Source: Eledone cirrhosa | Taxonomy: Eukaryota | Direction: 5' to 3' | DNA: 64,000 bases | NCBI GenBank assembly: GCA_964016885.1 | Contig: OZ024740.1 | Span: forward strand, 237,274,001 to 237,338,000 | Shown: positions 52,549-64,000 of the stretch, piece by piece | Position numbering within the stretch: the stretch's first letter is position 1 | Layout: each line of letters opens with the position of its first letter | Program-made: the position numbers and the translations under genes | Notes under the pieces: generated by a model | Told to the model about the DNA's origin: nothing | Seen by the model: the letters and a program-made list of their open reading frames with translations, nothing else | Database searches by the model: none

Positions 52549-52735
52549 GGGCGGTGGATTGGCAGAATCTGTAGAGAGTCAGACACCATGCTTCATAGCA
52601 TGGAGTTACGTCCCTTTACGGTCTGAGTTCAAATACCGCCGAAGTTAACTTTGCCTTTCATCCTCACGGGGTCGATAAAATAAAGTACCAGTAATGTACT
52701 GAGTAATTGCTGGCCTTGTGCCAAAAGTAGAAACA
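52549..52735 (+). mobile_element. tRNA-derived SINE, inverted relative to 52051-52232
   Basis: GGGCGGTGGATTGGCAGAATCTG...GAGTTCAAATACC...GTAGAAACA|ATTAT. Confidence 0.9.
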
Positions 52736-52855
52736 ATTATTAGAAACATTGCTTCATTTTTACATATCTAAGCATTAGTAAAATAACTAATAATTTCAAA
52801 AGTAATTTTTCAATTCCAATTGTTATGAACAGCAAAACATTAATAATAATTTTGT

Positions 52856-53112
52856 TCTAAGAAATATATATACATTTCTGTGTGTGTAATATATATATAT
52901 ATACACACACAGAAATATATATACATTTCTGTGTGTGTAATATATATATATACACACAGAAATATATATACATTCCTGTGTGTGTAATATATATATATAT
53001 ACACACACACAGAAATATATATATATATATATACACACAGAAATATATATACATTTCTGTGTGTAATATATATATATACACACACAGAAATATATATACA
53101 TTTCTGTGTGTG

Positions 53113-53165
<53 letters not shown>

Positions 53166-53183
53166 GAAATATATGGGCATTTC

Positions 53184-53221
<38 letters not shown>

Positions 53222-53714
53222 CTTCCCTAAAACTCAAATGTAGGTGCTACAGAAATATTACCTTCCCCTTCCTTTCTCCACTTTGGTACTACCAAGAGAA
53301 ACACTGTCGCTATAGAAACATTACCTTCCCCTCTCCACTGACTTTGGTCACTGAGGCCGAGGGAATCGCTGGTTGCTATAGAGACACCTTGCACAAGCCA
53401 GAAGTAACCAGTTCGAGGCGGTTCTGATTTGACACCATGCCAAGGACCATTTGAAGATATATTTCCATCGTTATATCATAACGTTTATATTTATATCCGT
53501 CACTAATCTCTTTTTCTCCTTTTTCGTTTTAACATATATTTATTTCAAAGATTTCACCGTATAGATAACATATATATTTATACATGCATAAAAGACACAC
53601 CGAGAGACGGTGAACATGTGGTGCCGAAAACGTTTCTCATCCAAATCTCAACAATATCAGTATATACACTAGATTTGTTAGCAGAAAACCGCCCACCGGG
53701 TGGTTTTCTGCTAG
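52856..53714 (+). mobile_element. Probable non-autonomous Helitron with palindromic minisatellite (52861-53172) and a long 3' hairpin
   Basis: (CTGT)n and CCCTAAAACTC as in the Helitron at 29692; ends TAGCAGAAAACCGCCC-ACC-GGGTGGTTTTCTGCTAG|T; 5' boundary uncertain. Confidence 0.6.
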
Positions 53715-53841
53715 TCAATTCTATTAAATTATGAAATAAATGGAGACTTTATATATTGTGTTCTTCATTTTCTAAGGTGGTTAATATGATTTAAAGGCAT
53801 TTTGAATACTGTTGTTAATTGCATAGTATTATATTTGATCA

Positions 53842-54053
53842 GGGCGGTGGATTGGCAGTAATGGTAGAGAGTTGGACACCATGCTTTGCAGCATAGAGTT
53901 ACGGCCCTTTACAATCTGAGTTCAAATCCTGCTGAGGTTAACTTTGCCTTTCATCCTTAAGGGGTCGATAAAATAAAGTACCAGTCATACACTGGGGTCG
54001 ATTTAATCAACTTTACCTTCCCCAAAAATTACTGGCCTTGTGTATAAGAAACC
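53842..54053 (+). mobile_element. tRNA-derived SINE with 15-bp TSD
   Basis: TSD ATTATATTTGATCAG at 53828-53842 and 54054-54068; A/B boxes present. Confidence 0.92.
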
Positions 54054-54444
54054 ATTATATTTGATCAGAATCACATATTCGACTTATGCCCTTTACCTAG
54101 CATAAAAGTACTATATTTGACACTCACAATCAAGTATGACTTAGTAGTGTCTATCATGCTTTCATTAGGGGTTTTGCATGTTCATGCAGTCATGAGCAGA
54201 CATAGACACATTTTTTACCCTCCTTTTCTTGATCGAGTGGAACATCCAGGATGACATTTGGAAGGAAAGAGAGCTGCCTCATCACTGGACTGGTACTTTG
54301 CTTATTGAACCTGAAAGAATGAAATATAATGAGGTCCTAATAAGAAGAATTTGGGATTGAAGTAAATTTTAATTTTTGCAATTTATACAAATGCAATTAA
54401 TCCATGCAACTAATTAGTCAGAGATGAAGATGAAGTTCTATAGT

Positions 54445-54600
54445 TGACTCAGACTCAGAAGCTCCCGCGTCTTGTGATGCATGGGGCAATCATAGTGTTC
54501 CATTGCGTTCGGTCAGCAGTCAGTTGCACAGCGTCCCGCCATTGTCTGTTTGTCGCTTGCAGGTCGCTCTCAACTGTCTGACTCCAGATGGGAAAATTGG
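54445..54600 (-). mobile_element. RTE-like LINE 3' remnant
   Basis: WSQTVESDLQ...W.DAVQLTADRTQW...CITRRGSF* and a (CTGAGT)n tail. Confidence 0.6.
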
Positions 54601-54829
54601 AACTCAGCACTGTAATTTAATGAAAACATTTGTAATCTAGATTTCTCCTGCCACTTAGAATGCTGATCTCTACCTATTCATGCTACATATTTACAGCTTG
54701 TTGACAGATCCAACAGAAGTTATATCTCTTGATCATGGACAGATTGCAGCTTTGTTGATAAGGGAGGAAAGTTTATCTATCAGTTGTCAATTTAACATGC
54801 TCATATCTTTAGGGAACATCAGTGATGCA

Positions 54830-55250
54830 ATTTGTGACACCTTTGTAGTTAATAAGCACATTTGATTCTTGGAGATAGCAAGTACATTTTATGACAATTT
54901 TGGGATAACAGACACAGTTTGTGAGTCTCTTGAGACAAAAAGCACATCTGACTCTTGGAGATAACAGGTACATTTTGTGTGTCTATTGGAACAGCATATT
55001 GTGACTTTTTTGCTACAACAAACACATTTTGAGAGTTTCTTCGGATAACAGTCACATATTTTGTAAATTGTTTTAACACATCAGAGACAGTTTTGTGACT
55101 CCTTTGGGGACAAAACTCATATTTTGTAATTCTTTTGGTGCAAACAGGCCCATTTTGTGAATCTCTTTGGGCAACACACATTTTGTGACTTTCTTTAGGA
55201 GGACAGATGTATTTTTTTACTCTCTTAGGGACAACAGAGCCAGTTTTGAC
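54830..55250. repeat. Degenerate ~30-bp minisatellite
   Basis: TTTTGTGACTCTTT.GGACAACAG.CACA-like units repeated roughly a dozen times. Confidence 0.75.
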
Positions 55251-56285
55251 CATATAGCTAGGTATTTTGTTGTTGTTTTAGTGATTTTACATTCATTTTT
55301 CCAAGTTTGCATGGATATGATGATTTACTTTCTGGAGCAACTATTTGTATAACTGGGTGAATGTCCTTTCTACTATAAACACTAGTGGAATGTACAGCTA
55401 GAACCTGTTCAATCTTCAATTAGATGTCTTACTCAAGGCCATAACACAATGACAATTGTAAGATTAGAATTTTTGATCATGTATTTTATGTTATTTATAA
55501 ATAATCTCTGTAGATTTGAATATTTTCAGCACACATTTGACATATACCGTTTCGATTCTTATAACATGATTTAGTTTTTTTGTTTCTTTTTTTATTGGAA
55601 ATATTGTAAATTGGTTGGTTCTCTTGTTCACCCCCGCTCTCTCTCATATGGTTAAACAAAACATTTATTTGTCTTTCATTCATTCATATTGTCAGGATTT
55701 GTTGACAGACTTTTCTTCTTTGCATACAACAGGAAAGTACATCAATGACGGCAAATAATATCATTTAATATAAAAATTTTATAGAACTGATCTAGGAATA
55801 GTATGTAGTGTCCAGCTAAGGAAGCCAAACAGTTTCACTGTCATTGTAGTTGTATTAGGCTGAAGCTTGTAGCATTCTTGTCAATTTATGAAGACTTTTT
55901 GATGTTGCTAGATTGATTTCTTGCCACAATCTACTGTAAATAATTTTCTGCCAATCTTTGCACAGATTTAATTTAAATATCATCTTCTCATGTTAGCTTG
56001 CCTGTATTTGGTATGTTTTACAATAGATGACAGAGAAATCCTATCATTCCCTAGCTTGTCTGCTTGCTATAAGATAATCTCAGTTATAAATATTAATTTG
56101 ATTCTTGATAGCAAGCATTTTCTCTCTGATCTATGCCTCTTTGACTCTAGTAGTTATAGATATTTCTTTTTTCTCTCTTCTTCTTACCTCTGGGATTTAG
56201 TTATCTTTCCCATTTCCTTCTACAACATATATATTGTATAATGCATTTTCAATATATATATATATATATGTATGTTTGTATGTGC

Positions 56286-56364
<79 letters not shown>
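56286..56364. repeat. (GT)n microsatellite
   Basis: Direct inspection. Confidence 0.95.
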
Positions 56365-56367
<3 letters not shown>

Positions 56368-56599
56368 ATGCGTACGTGCGTGTAGTCTGTTTGCTTTTTA
56401 CGCGAACTTGAAATATACGAATTCAGTTTAACGCCTCTTGAAAAAATATTATTAAATATTCACTTTGCACGGATAACGCGCTATAATGCATGTGGTTTTT
56501 AATTTTTTTTTATTTATCAGAAAATTAGATTTGATTTATGTGAATTTGCTTTACGCGCTGTGTTCACGAATGAATCTTCATGTAAAAAGCGAACACACT

Positions 56600-59560
56600 A
56601 TGTTTGTATGTCTTCGCCCACTTATTCCTGAGAGGGTCGTGGGGGCTAAATTCTCAAATACCCCTTCCAGCAGGTCCTGTTAGAAGCAACCATTTCCAAC
56701 TGATCCAGCTGGATCCTGAGGCAAGACCAGCCAAGCTCATCGGTGTTATGTAACCATCTTGTTTGTGGTCTACCCCTGGGTCTCCTGCTGGTTGGTTTTA
56801 CCTGTAAAATCTGTCCAGTGATTCTTTCTTGAGACATTCTAACCACATGCCCATAGTACCAGAGCTGTGATCTCCCAATTTGGTGAAGTAGCAGCTCTAC
56901 CTGGAGTGACTCTTATCTCTGAGCTATGCACTCTATCATGTGAAATTACTCTAAATAACCTTCAGAAGAACCCCATTTTGGCCGCTTGTATTCATGATCA
57001 TATTCCTTGGATCATTACCGAAGATTCATGACCATAGGCAAGAGTTGGCACATAACAAATTGAAGATTATGAGTTTAGCTTTTACATTTAGCTCACTTCT
57101 TCAGATTATCAAATGCTGAAGCTGGTGCAGTAATGTGCCAGCAATTCTTACACTTAATTCAGCCTCCTGCCTTCCATCACTTGTAAACACAGTTCCAAGA
57201 TACTTGAACTTCTCTACTTCAGTGGAATTCCATTCACATGTAGAGTGCATTGCGCAGGCCTCTTTGAGAGGATGAGTATCTGTTTTCGCAGCCCTGATTT
57301 TCATTCCAGCCATGCAGCACTCGGCACCAAACCTATCAAGTGCGAGTCGAAGATCACCTTCTGTTGGGTTAAGTAACACCATGTCGTCTGAAAATTCCAG
57401 CCACTTGATTTTACACCTGCTAGTCATGATACCACTTCAAACCCGGCTGCGCATGTCAATCCTGTTCATGTAAATAATGAACAGGTGAGATAACAGTACA
57501 CACCCTTGGTGGAGTCCAACGCCCACATTGAATGGTTTTGATTTACCACCATTTATCTGAACACAAATACTTGGGCATTCATATAGACATCAGGACAGCA
57601 AGAAGCTGACCATTGATCTTATACTCTTGCAGAACCTTCCACAGCAGGTTCTGGGGAATGTGGTCATGTCTAACCCATGCTAGCATGGAAGATAGACGTT
57701 AAACGATGATGATGATGATGATGATGATGCCTTTTCAAAGTCTACAAAAGAATCTACTTCTTGGCAATGCTCCCATGATTTCTCAAAAACCTGCCACAGT
57801 GTGAATATTTTGTCGGCTGTACTGGACTCAACAATCTCCCTACATCTCTTTGCCAGAAACTTAGCATAGATTTTACTGGGTCGGCTTAGCAGAGATCCTT
57901 CTGTAGTTGGAACAATCTCTCTTGTCACCCTTTTTGAAAATTGGGATTATCACTCCCAATTGCCATTGCTTAGGTGCCCTTCCAGAGATCCAGGCCATCC
58001 GGCACACACGAGTCAGCCAGAGAATACCTTCTCTATTTAAGGCTTTTAATATCTCAAACCGGATTTCATCTTCCTCTGTGGCCTTGCCACATTTGAGCTC
58101 TTTAACTGCTCTTGTGACCTCGGTCACTGAGAGATTAGTCATCACTCCCAGATGCCCCCTTGTGTACATGAGAAGATGCTGTTGTGATTGGGTTTAGGTG
58201 ATTGGGTTTAGGAGATCGGAAAAGTATTCTCTCTAACTTGCGAGTATGCACCTCTCTGAAGACAAAAGAACTCCAGACGTATTCCTGATAGCAGGTGTGG
58301 AGGAGGACTTATTACAAAGTTGGCAGATGGTCAGCCAGAACACTTTATTTGCTGATGAAGACGGATTCCAGCTTAACTACAAAGTCCCCCCCATGTCATA
58401 ACTTTGGATGCCTTTACTTTCTCTACTGCTAGTCTTTGTTCCTGCTTGTACTACAAGTGCAAGAAGGAGGATATATTTCCAAGCCAAGCTTTGTAGGCCT
58501 CCTTCTTTGCTCAGATGGCATTTTTGACTTCTTGATTGAACCAAGAGGTCCTCCTGCCATCTGGTGCCTCACCAAGCCTCTTTTTGCCTGCGGTATTTAA
58601 CAGCTGATGCAGAAATTGCTTAGTTGAACAATCTCCACTCTGTCTCAACAGACCTTCCAGTTTTGTGGGCTTCTTTGACTTTAGGTAGTCTCAAGTTGCA
58701 GATAACTAGATGGTAATCATTTGAAAGTTCAGCCCCCTTCTCTTAATATGAACATCTAGCACAGAATTGAAGAGATCAGAGATAGCAAAATCAATTATTG
58801 ATCTCTGGCCTATCCATTCGTATTTAGATCGGGGTCACCATTCCTTCCAATCACTCCTTTCCATGTCAGGTGGTCAGTGCCAACATATACATTTAAGTCT
58901 CCCATCAAGATATATGACTCAGTCATAACTACATCTAACGCTACAGTGACTTCATCAAGGAAGGACCTGTATTCGTACTCCACAGATACCTATCTTTCAG
59001 CCTTAAGAGGCAAATCCTCCCTCCTAACAGGATCCAGGCTATAACACATTCTAACAGCTGGGGGCTTGTGAATAACCCCTCTCCTGCCTGTGCAGTCATT
59101 TCTGGTGCCACACCTGAATAGTGTTTCCATCCTCCATCGAAATCTACAGTATCAGAGCCACAGTACTTTGTTGAGAAAACCCCGACTATATCCCGCTGGT
59201 AGCATCTATACCCCTCAACTAGTTCCTGCTCCTTACCTGTAAGAGTTATGTGATATTCCCGGTTCGAACTGTCATGGTTTGCTCCCTTCTTAACCCTCTT
59301 TGGGGTCTCGGGATACATAATCTTTGTGCGTCCATCTTTGTTGTGCCCTTTACACGCCTCACCATAGCTAAATCAATGGGTTGTGAGACTTTTCTTGGGA
59401 GCTACCGGTGTCACCCATTGCTCCATCTACCCTATTAGTTTACCACTGTTGGTCCAAGGTTGCTTATTCATCTGGCAGCTTCCTGCCTATATCACAACTC
59501 GGTATCATATCTGGTGGCCGTATCACTAACCATCATCTGCGACCCATCTCTAGCAGAAAA
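56600..59560 (-). mobile_element. Near full-length but decayed RTE-clade LINE, interrupted by a short (GAT)n-tailed insert at ~57668-57728
   Basis: EN: LTGKEQELVE...RDIVG...GGWKHYSGV...AGEGL...RICLLRL, LSNDYHLV; RT: IPIFKKGD..CSNYR, FVDFEKA, FSDDMVL, FKYLG; C-terminal RPRGRPQTRW; 5' boundary approximate. Confidence 0.88.
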
Positions 59561-59581
59561 ATGTATATGTATGTATATGTG

Positions 59582-59643
<62 letters not shown>

Positions 59644-60420
59644 AGTATATATACATATATATGTATATGTAAATGAATATGCATATATATATTTATATGC
59701 ATGTATATATATATATATATATAGGTAGTCTCAAGTTGCAGATAACTAGTTGAGGGGGATATATATATATTTATATGTATATGTGTGTATATATATAAAT
59801 GAATATGTGTATATATATATATATGTATATATATATATAAATATATATATATGTGTATATGTATATGTGTATATATGTATATATATAAATGTATATGTGT
59901 GTCATCATCATCATCATCAGGTTTAGCGTCCGTGTTCCACGCTTGCATGGGTTTGGACGGGGGTTTTCCCACTTGAGGCAAGAGTGGTTGTCTTGCTCGC
60001 ATAGGACTGTCTGGCGGGCTTTCTACAGTTGGATGCCCTTCCTAACACCAACCACATTTACAGTGTGGGGCTGGGAGGTTTTTACCGTGTTGCCTACACG
60101 GCCACATTACAGCGTGGACTGTCATATATATGTATATATATAAATGTATATGTGTATATATATGTATATATATAAATGTATATGTGTATATATATGTATA
60201 TATATAAATGTATATGTGTGTATATATATATGTATATATATAAATATATATGTGTGTATATATATATTTATATATATAAATGTATATGTGTGTCTGTATA
60301 TATATATATGTATATATATAAATGTATATGTGTGTGTGTATATATATATATATGTATATATATAAATATATATGTGTATGTATAAATATATATGTAATTA
60401 TGTATATATATAAATGCAAC
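59561..60420. repeat. TA/TG microsatellite containing a retroelement copy (59902-60122, -) and a templated snippet (59722-59760)
   Basis: Direct inspection; 59902-60122 is nearly identical to 25036-25260. Confidence 0.9.
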
Positions 60421-61864
60421 ATAGATACAAAAGTATGAAAATATAAAAGTAGTCTGATTTAAGTGTGCTTGTGTGTCCGTCCATGTCTGCCTGTTTGTCC
60501 CCTTTGTTAAATACTATTAATAGTAAACACTATGCAGCCTTATATAAAAGCATATAGCCAAAGAATTATTCTTTCCATTTCTGTAACCGTGGCAACAGTT
60601 GCATTAGTTTAATACTGCTGATGTAATAAAATTATAGTCATAAAACTGTATAAAAAAATAAAGTGTCTTAATTTGTTACATTTATGTCTTTCTTTAGTGT
60701 CTTTGTTGATATTGGATAATATCATACAAGTTCCTGTGGATATGAGCAGAAGCTATCATACAGCTTCAAGTTTAGAAAATAAAAGTGTATTTCATAAGAT
60801 ATTCACTGATTTCAATGAGAAAATAGAAAATATCTCACAAAATATCTTACCGTTTCCATTGGGATAATAAGAATATTGAATATTTCATTGTTTGCAGTGA
60901 CAAGACAAGAGAGAGAGGGAGACAGTGTGTGTATGTTATATTATTTTTTTTTTTTTGTGGAAGAGCAGTGAACTTTTTCTTTATAAAGCAATTATGATGC
61001 ATATTTAAGATTATTTCTGGTGTTCTTGCTATTGTCATTGTGGTTTCGATGCTCATTCGCTTTTTATTTTTTCAGGCCTAGTGTACCTAGGTCTGCGTTA
61101 TCTTTCATATTTTTAAATAGGGTGTAATTTGAGGGATATTTAGTTGTTATTTCTAACATGTGAAGCAATTGCACAGAGCTTCTCTGGGGTTATTCTAAGA
61201 AAGATGTTAAGACATATGTCTAAAACACACACATTCTTCTACTTTCTTTATAATTACGTCAAATTCAGAGTATTCACACTTATTGAAGAATTTATAAAAC
61301 CACCATGGAAAAGTTTACAAAATACTGACTGTATTTACCATTCTAACGTTTCTTCTATTCCACCTCATAAAAAATATGTTCTTCTTTCGTTTACCACTTT
61401 AAATAATCTTTCTCTAGTATTTCTTTCAACTGCTCTTTCAGTCTTTTACCTTTTCCAATTAATGATTCTCAGTCACTTGTGAATACTTGCCAACATTCTT
61501 AGCCAGAATGACAGAATCTCTGGAGAGATGTAGTCATTAATTAGATTGGCACCTATATTTTATGTTGATATAATTATGTAATCTTATGTGAAACTGGCAG
61601 CAATGTCATTCTCTTTCTAGAAAAAACAAAAAACAAAAAAAAAAAACATGGTTCTGCAAGAATTAGATTGTTTTCTACAATTAATTGCTGAACAAATTTT
61701 ATTTCCATCTCCATCACACATTTGTGATTTCATATTTAACACGTATTGTTATTGTTATGCTTTTTAATATATTCTATTTGCTATGTTATTTTACATGTCA
61801 TATATGTATGTGTGTGTATACGAGTCAGTATTTATGATTTAATATATATATTTATTAGTTGGAC

Positions 61865-62070
61865 AATAGATTGGCAGAATCATTAGCCAGTTGGAGAAAA
61901 TGCCTCATGGTTATTTGTTCCAGCTCTTTATGTTCTGAGTTCAAATTGTGCCGAAGTCAACTTTGCCTTACATTCTTCTGAAGGTGATAAAATAAAGTAC
62001 CAGTCATGCACTGAGGTTGATTTGTCCCTCACCTGATTTTTAGCCTTGTGCCTATGTTAGAAATGGTTAT
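61865..62070 (+). mobile_element. Decayed tRNA-derived SINE
   Basis: TTGGCAGAATC...GAGTTCAAATTG...GTCAACTTTGCCTT...GATAAAATAAAGTACCAG...GCCTTGTGCCTATGTTAGAAA. Confidence 0.75.
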
Positions 62071-62421
62071 TATTAGCACTTACTTTGAAGACTGTGTCGT
62101 TTGATTTCCATGTTCCAGCCTCCTGGCAATAATGTCTGTTATTTCCCCTCCCTTCCTTAGCTTAACAGTAGTAAGGACCCATGATGTAAAAAGTTTTTTT
62201 CTTACATTAGATTCTAAAAAAACGATAGTGTTTGTGAGAAGTGACAACTGTCTCATGTGATTATTGTAAGTGAATAAAATCTGACATTACTTGAGCTAAT
62301 TAAAATACACACTACATAATTAAACTGTATTAAGATAATTAGAAAACATCTGTTCAGTGGGTTGTAGCAGTGAATGTTTAACTCTGATGATGTGTTTGAT
62401 TGTTAGTGTGGTTTAGGTTAA

Positions 62422-62580
62422 CCTTTTGGATACCAAACAGCCCAAAACTTCTCTGAGACTATGAAACAAAACCACCCATTTTAAAGGGTTCTTATTTAAA
62501 TTAAAATCTTCCAAAGTAATTTGATATAAGATCCATTTGTTAAATTATGTTTGAAATACCATTCTAATAATAAAGAATTT
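62422..62580. mobile_element. Partial TTAA MITE (another remnant at ~63486-63660)
   Basis: TTAA|CCTTTTGGATACCAAAC matches the TIR of 33635-33889 and 37979-38225. Confidence 0.55.
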
Positions 62581-63819
62581 GGGCCAATCCATAAAATGGT
62601 GGTGGGTGTTGTTGTTTGGCCCTACACCAACTTGCTCTAAGTGAACAGACATATGGAATATAGTTAGTCAGGCAAATGACTAGCTGAAATCCACAGATCT
62701 GTTGTTCCAGATGTTCCATTTTACTGGGGTTGATACTGTAGGTTTTGACATGCAGTGGTTGATTATTTGGGGTTCAGTCTTTGAACTAAAATAGTTAAAT
62801 ATTATTAAAATAAATTGACCAACCATTTTACAGAAGTTTGCTGTTTAGAATGAGCAGCATCGTTGTAGAAATGATCTTTCGTGATATCAACACATATTTC
62901 TCATAACCCATGCTGAAATACTGGGGGGGTTTTCTTCAGATGCAGAAGACACTTCAGTCTTGAACATAAGTTTTACATTCTTTATCTGAACACTTAATTT
63001 ACTACTACTACTCACTTCTGTACACACATTGGGCAGTAATTTCTTTTTTTTTTTTCATTTACTGTGTGTGCTGACCACAACTACCTATGTGAGAGATGTC
63101 CACTACTATTCCAATCAAGACCTCCTCATACTAAAGAATAAATACAAGAGCCAATAAAACACTAGTAAGAACAAGTTGCTGGATGTTAGAATATGTCTGT
63201 GTTGGTGATAGTCTGGGTTAATTTGATGGATTTGAAGATAATTTACAACCAAATGAAACGTGTTTATAAAATATCCATTTCATAAGTAGATAGTAATTAT
63301 ATATGTCTATTACTCTAGTAATTCCACAGCAGCCAGAGCAGATATAAGTAATTTAATTGTGAAAAGCAATGTGGATATTTATAGTTTAATTCCACTTGCT
63401 TAGCAATTTTCACAATCTCATTATCTTTGTTCAATATTACATGTATTCTTGGAAATATCACTTGCCACCAGTAAAACGTGTTTAACTCTTTCATGACTAC
63501 ATTTCTAATTAAACATGCTGCAATTTATTTTGGAAATAGTCATCTATTTGAAAGCATTTAATAAAATAACTAACTTTGTTATTACAAGAGGTTTTAATTT
63601 AAATGAAAGATTTTGTCAAATAAAACTAGAGGCGGTCTCAGGCAGGCTGATGTCAAAATAATTCATGTTAGCACACACTAGTCTTCTCTCTGTGTGTTTT
63701 ATATAGTGAATGATTGTTATTTTCTTTTACTTTGTTATACAAAGAAGTGACATGGAAGTAAAGTAAGATTGGAAAAATAATACAATAGTGTTAAGATTGA
63801 ATAATCACTCCAGTATACC

Positions 63820-64000
63820 ATCACTACTCTGACTGCAGCCGAAGCATCACCCATGAATAGTTTGGCGTTTACGCGGTCACATAGACGCTTGGCGCTGGCC
63901 TCAGGGGTGGAGGATTGAAGACACCCAAGAGCAGGGGGTGTGGCGTCCTTTGGCATGCTTGGGATGAGCGCTTGCCCAAAGGTTGAAACATTGGCCTTGA
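63820..64000 (-). mobile_element. Possible fragment of a CRE/NeSL-like non-LTR retroelement ORF, open at the right window edge
   Basis: Abrupt GC-rich segment; RVNAKLFMGDASAAVRV resembles the pre-RT K..GD...AVR motif of RLE-type elements (recalled, not searched). Confidence 0.35.

Noticed and set aside
23012-54053. tRNA genes suggested by A/B boxes
   Set aside because: The boxes belong to multi-copy SINE heads with TSDs; no cloverleaf.
58682-59749. 28-bp direct repeat interpreted as a target-site duplication
   Set aside because: The left copy is in-frame LINE endonuclease sequence ([10 protein letters not shown]) and the enclosed DNA is the same LINE, so it was reinterpreted as a templated insertion.

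Overview
Eukaryotic, AT-rich, repeat-dense DNA. The SINE/LINE families and very long (TA)n/(TG)n tracts resemble a coleoid cephalopod (octopus-like) genome; this is an inference from recalled repeat families, not a search. No host protein-coding gene can be confidently called. 1-10905 is an almost perfectly homogeneous head-to-tail array of a non-coding 615-bp unit (17.7 copies, one visible SNP, open at the left edge). A 2.6-kb TA/TG microsatellite follows, hosting a young 5'-truncated CR1-group LINE with an uninterrupted APE-endonuclease/RT ORF. The rest is a mosaic of decayed RTE-, R4- and Penelope-like retroelements, tRNA-derived SINEs, non-autonomous Helitrons, TTAA and TA MITEs, and minisatellites. 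Highlights: the 615-bp array (CpG-rich, A-skewed, hairpin-rich, one TATA-like box and one T6 per unit); hammerhead ribozyme motifs downstream of two Penelope-like elements; a TSD-bounded RTE insertion with twin-priming geometry; a recursive-splice-site motif with an RS-exon at 41954; ATTAT at young SINE 3' junctions; and a two-template microhomology-joined snippet in a microsatellite. Most listed ORFs are microsatellite translation artefacts.
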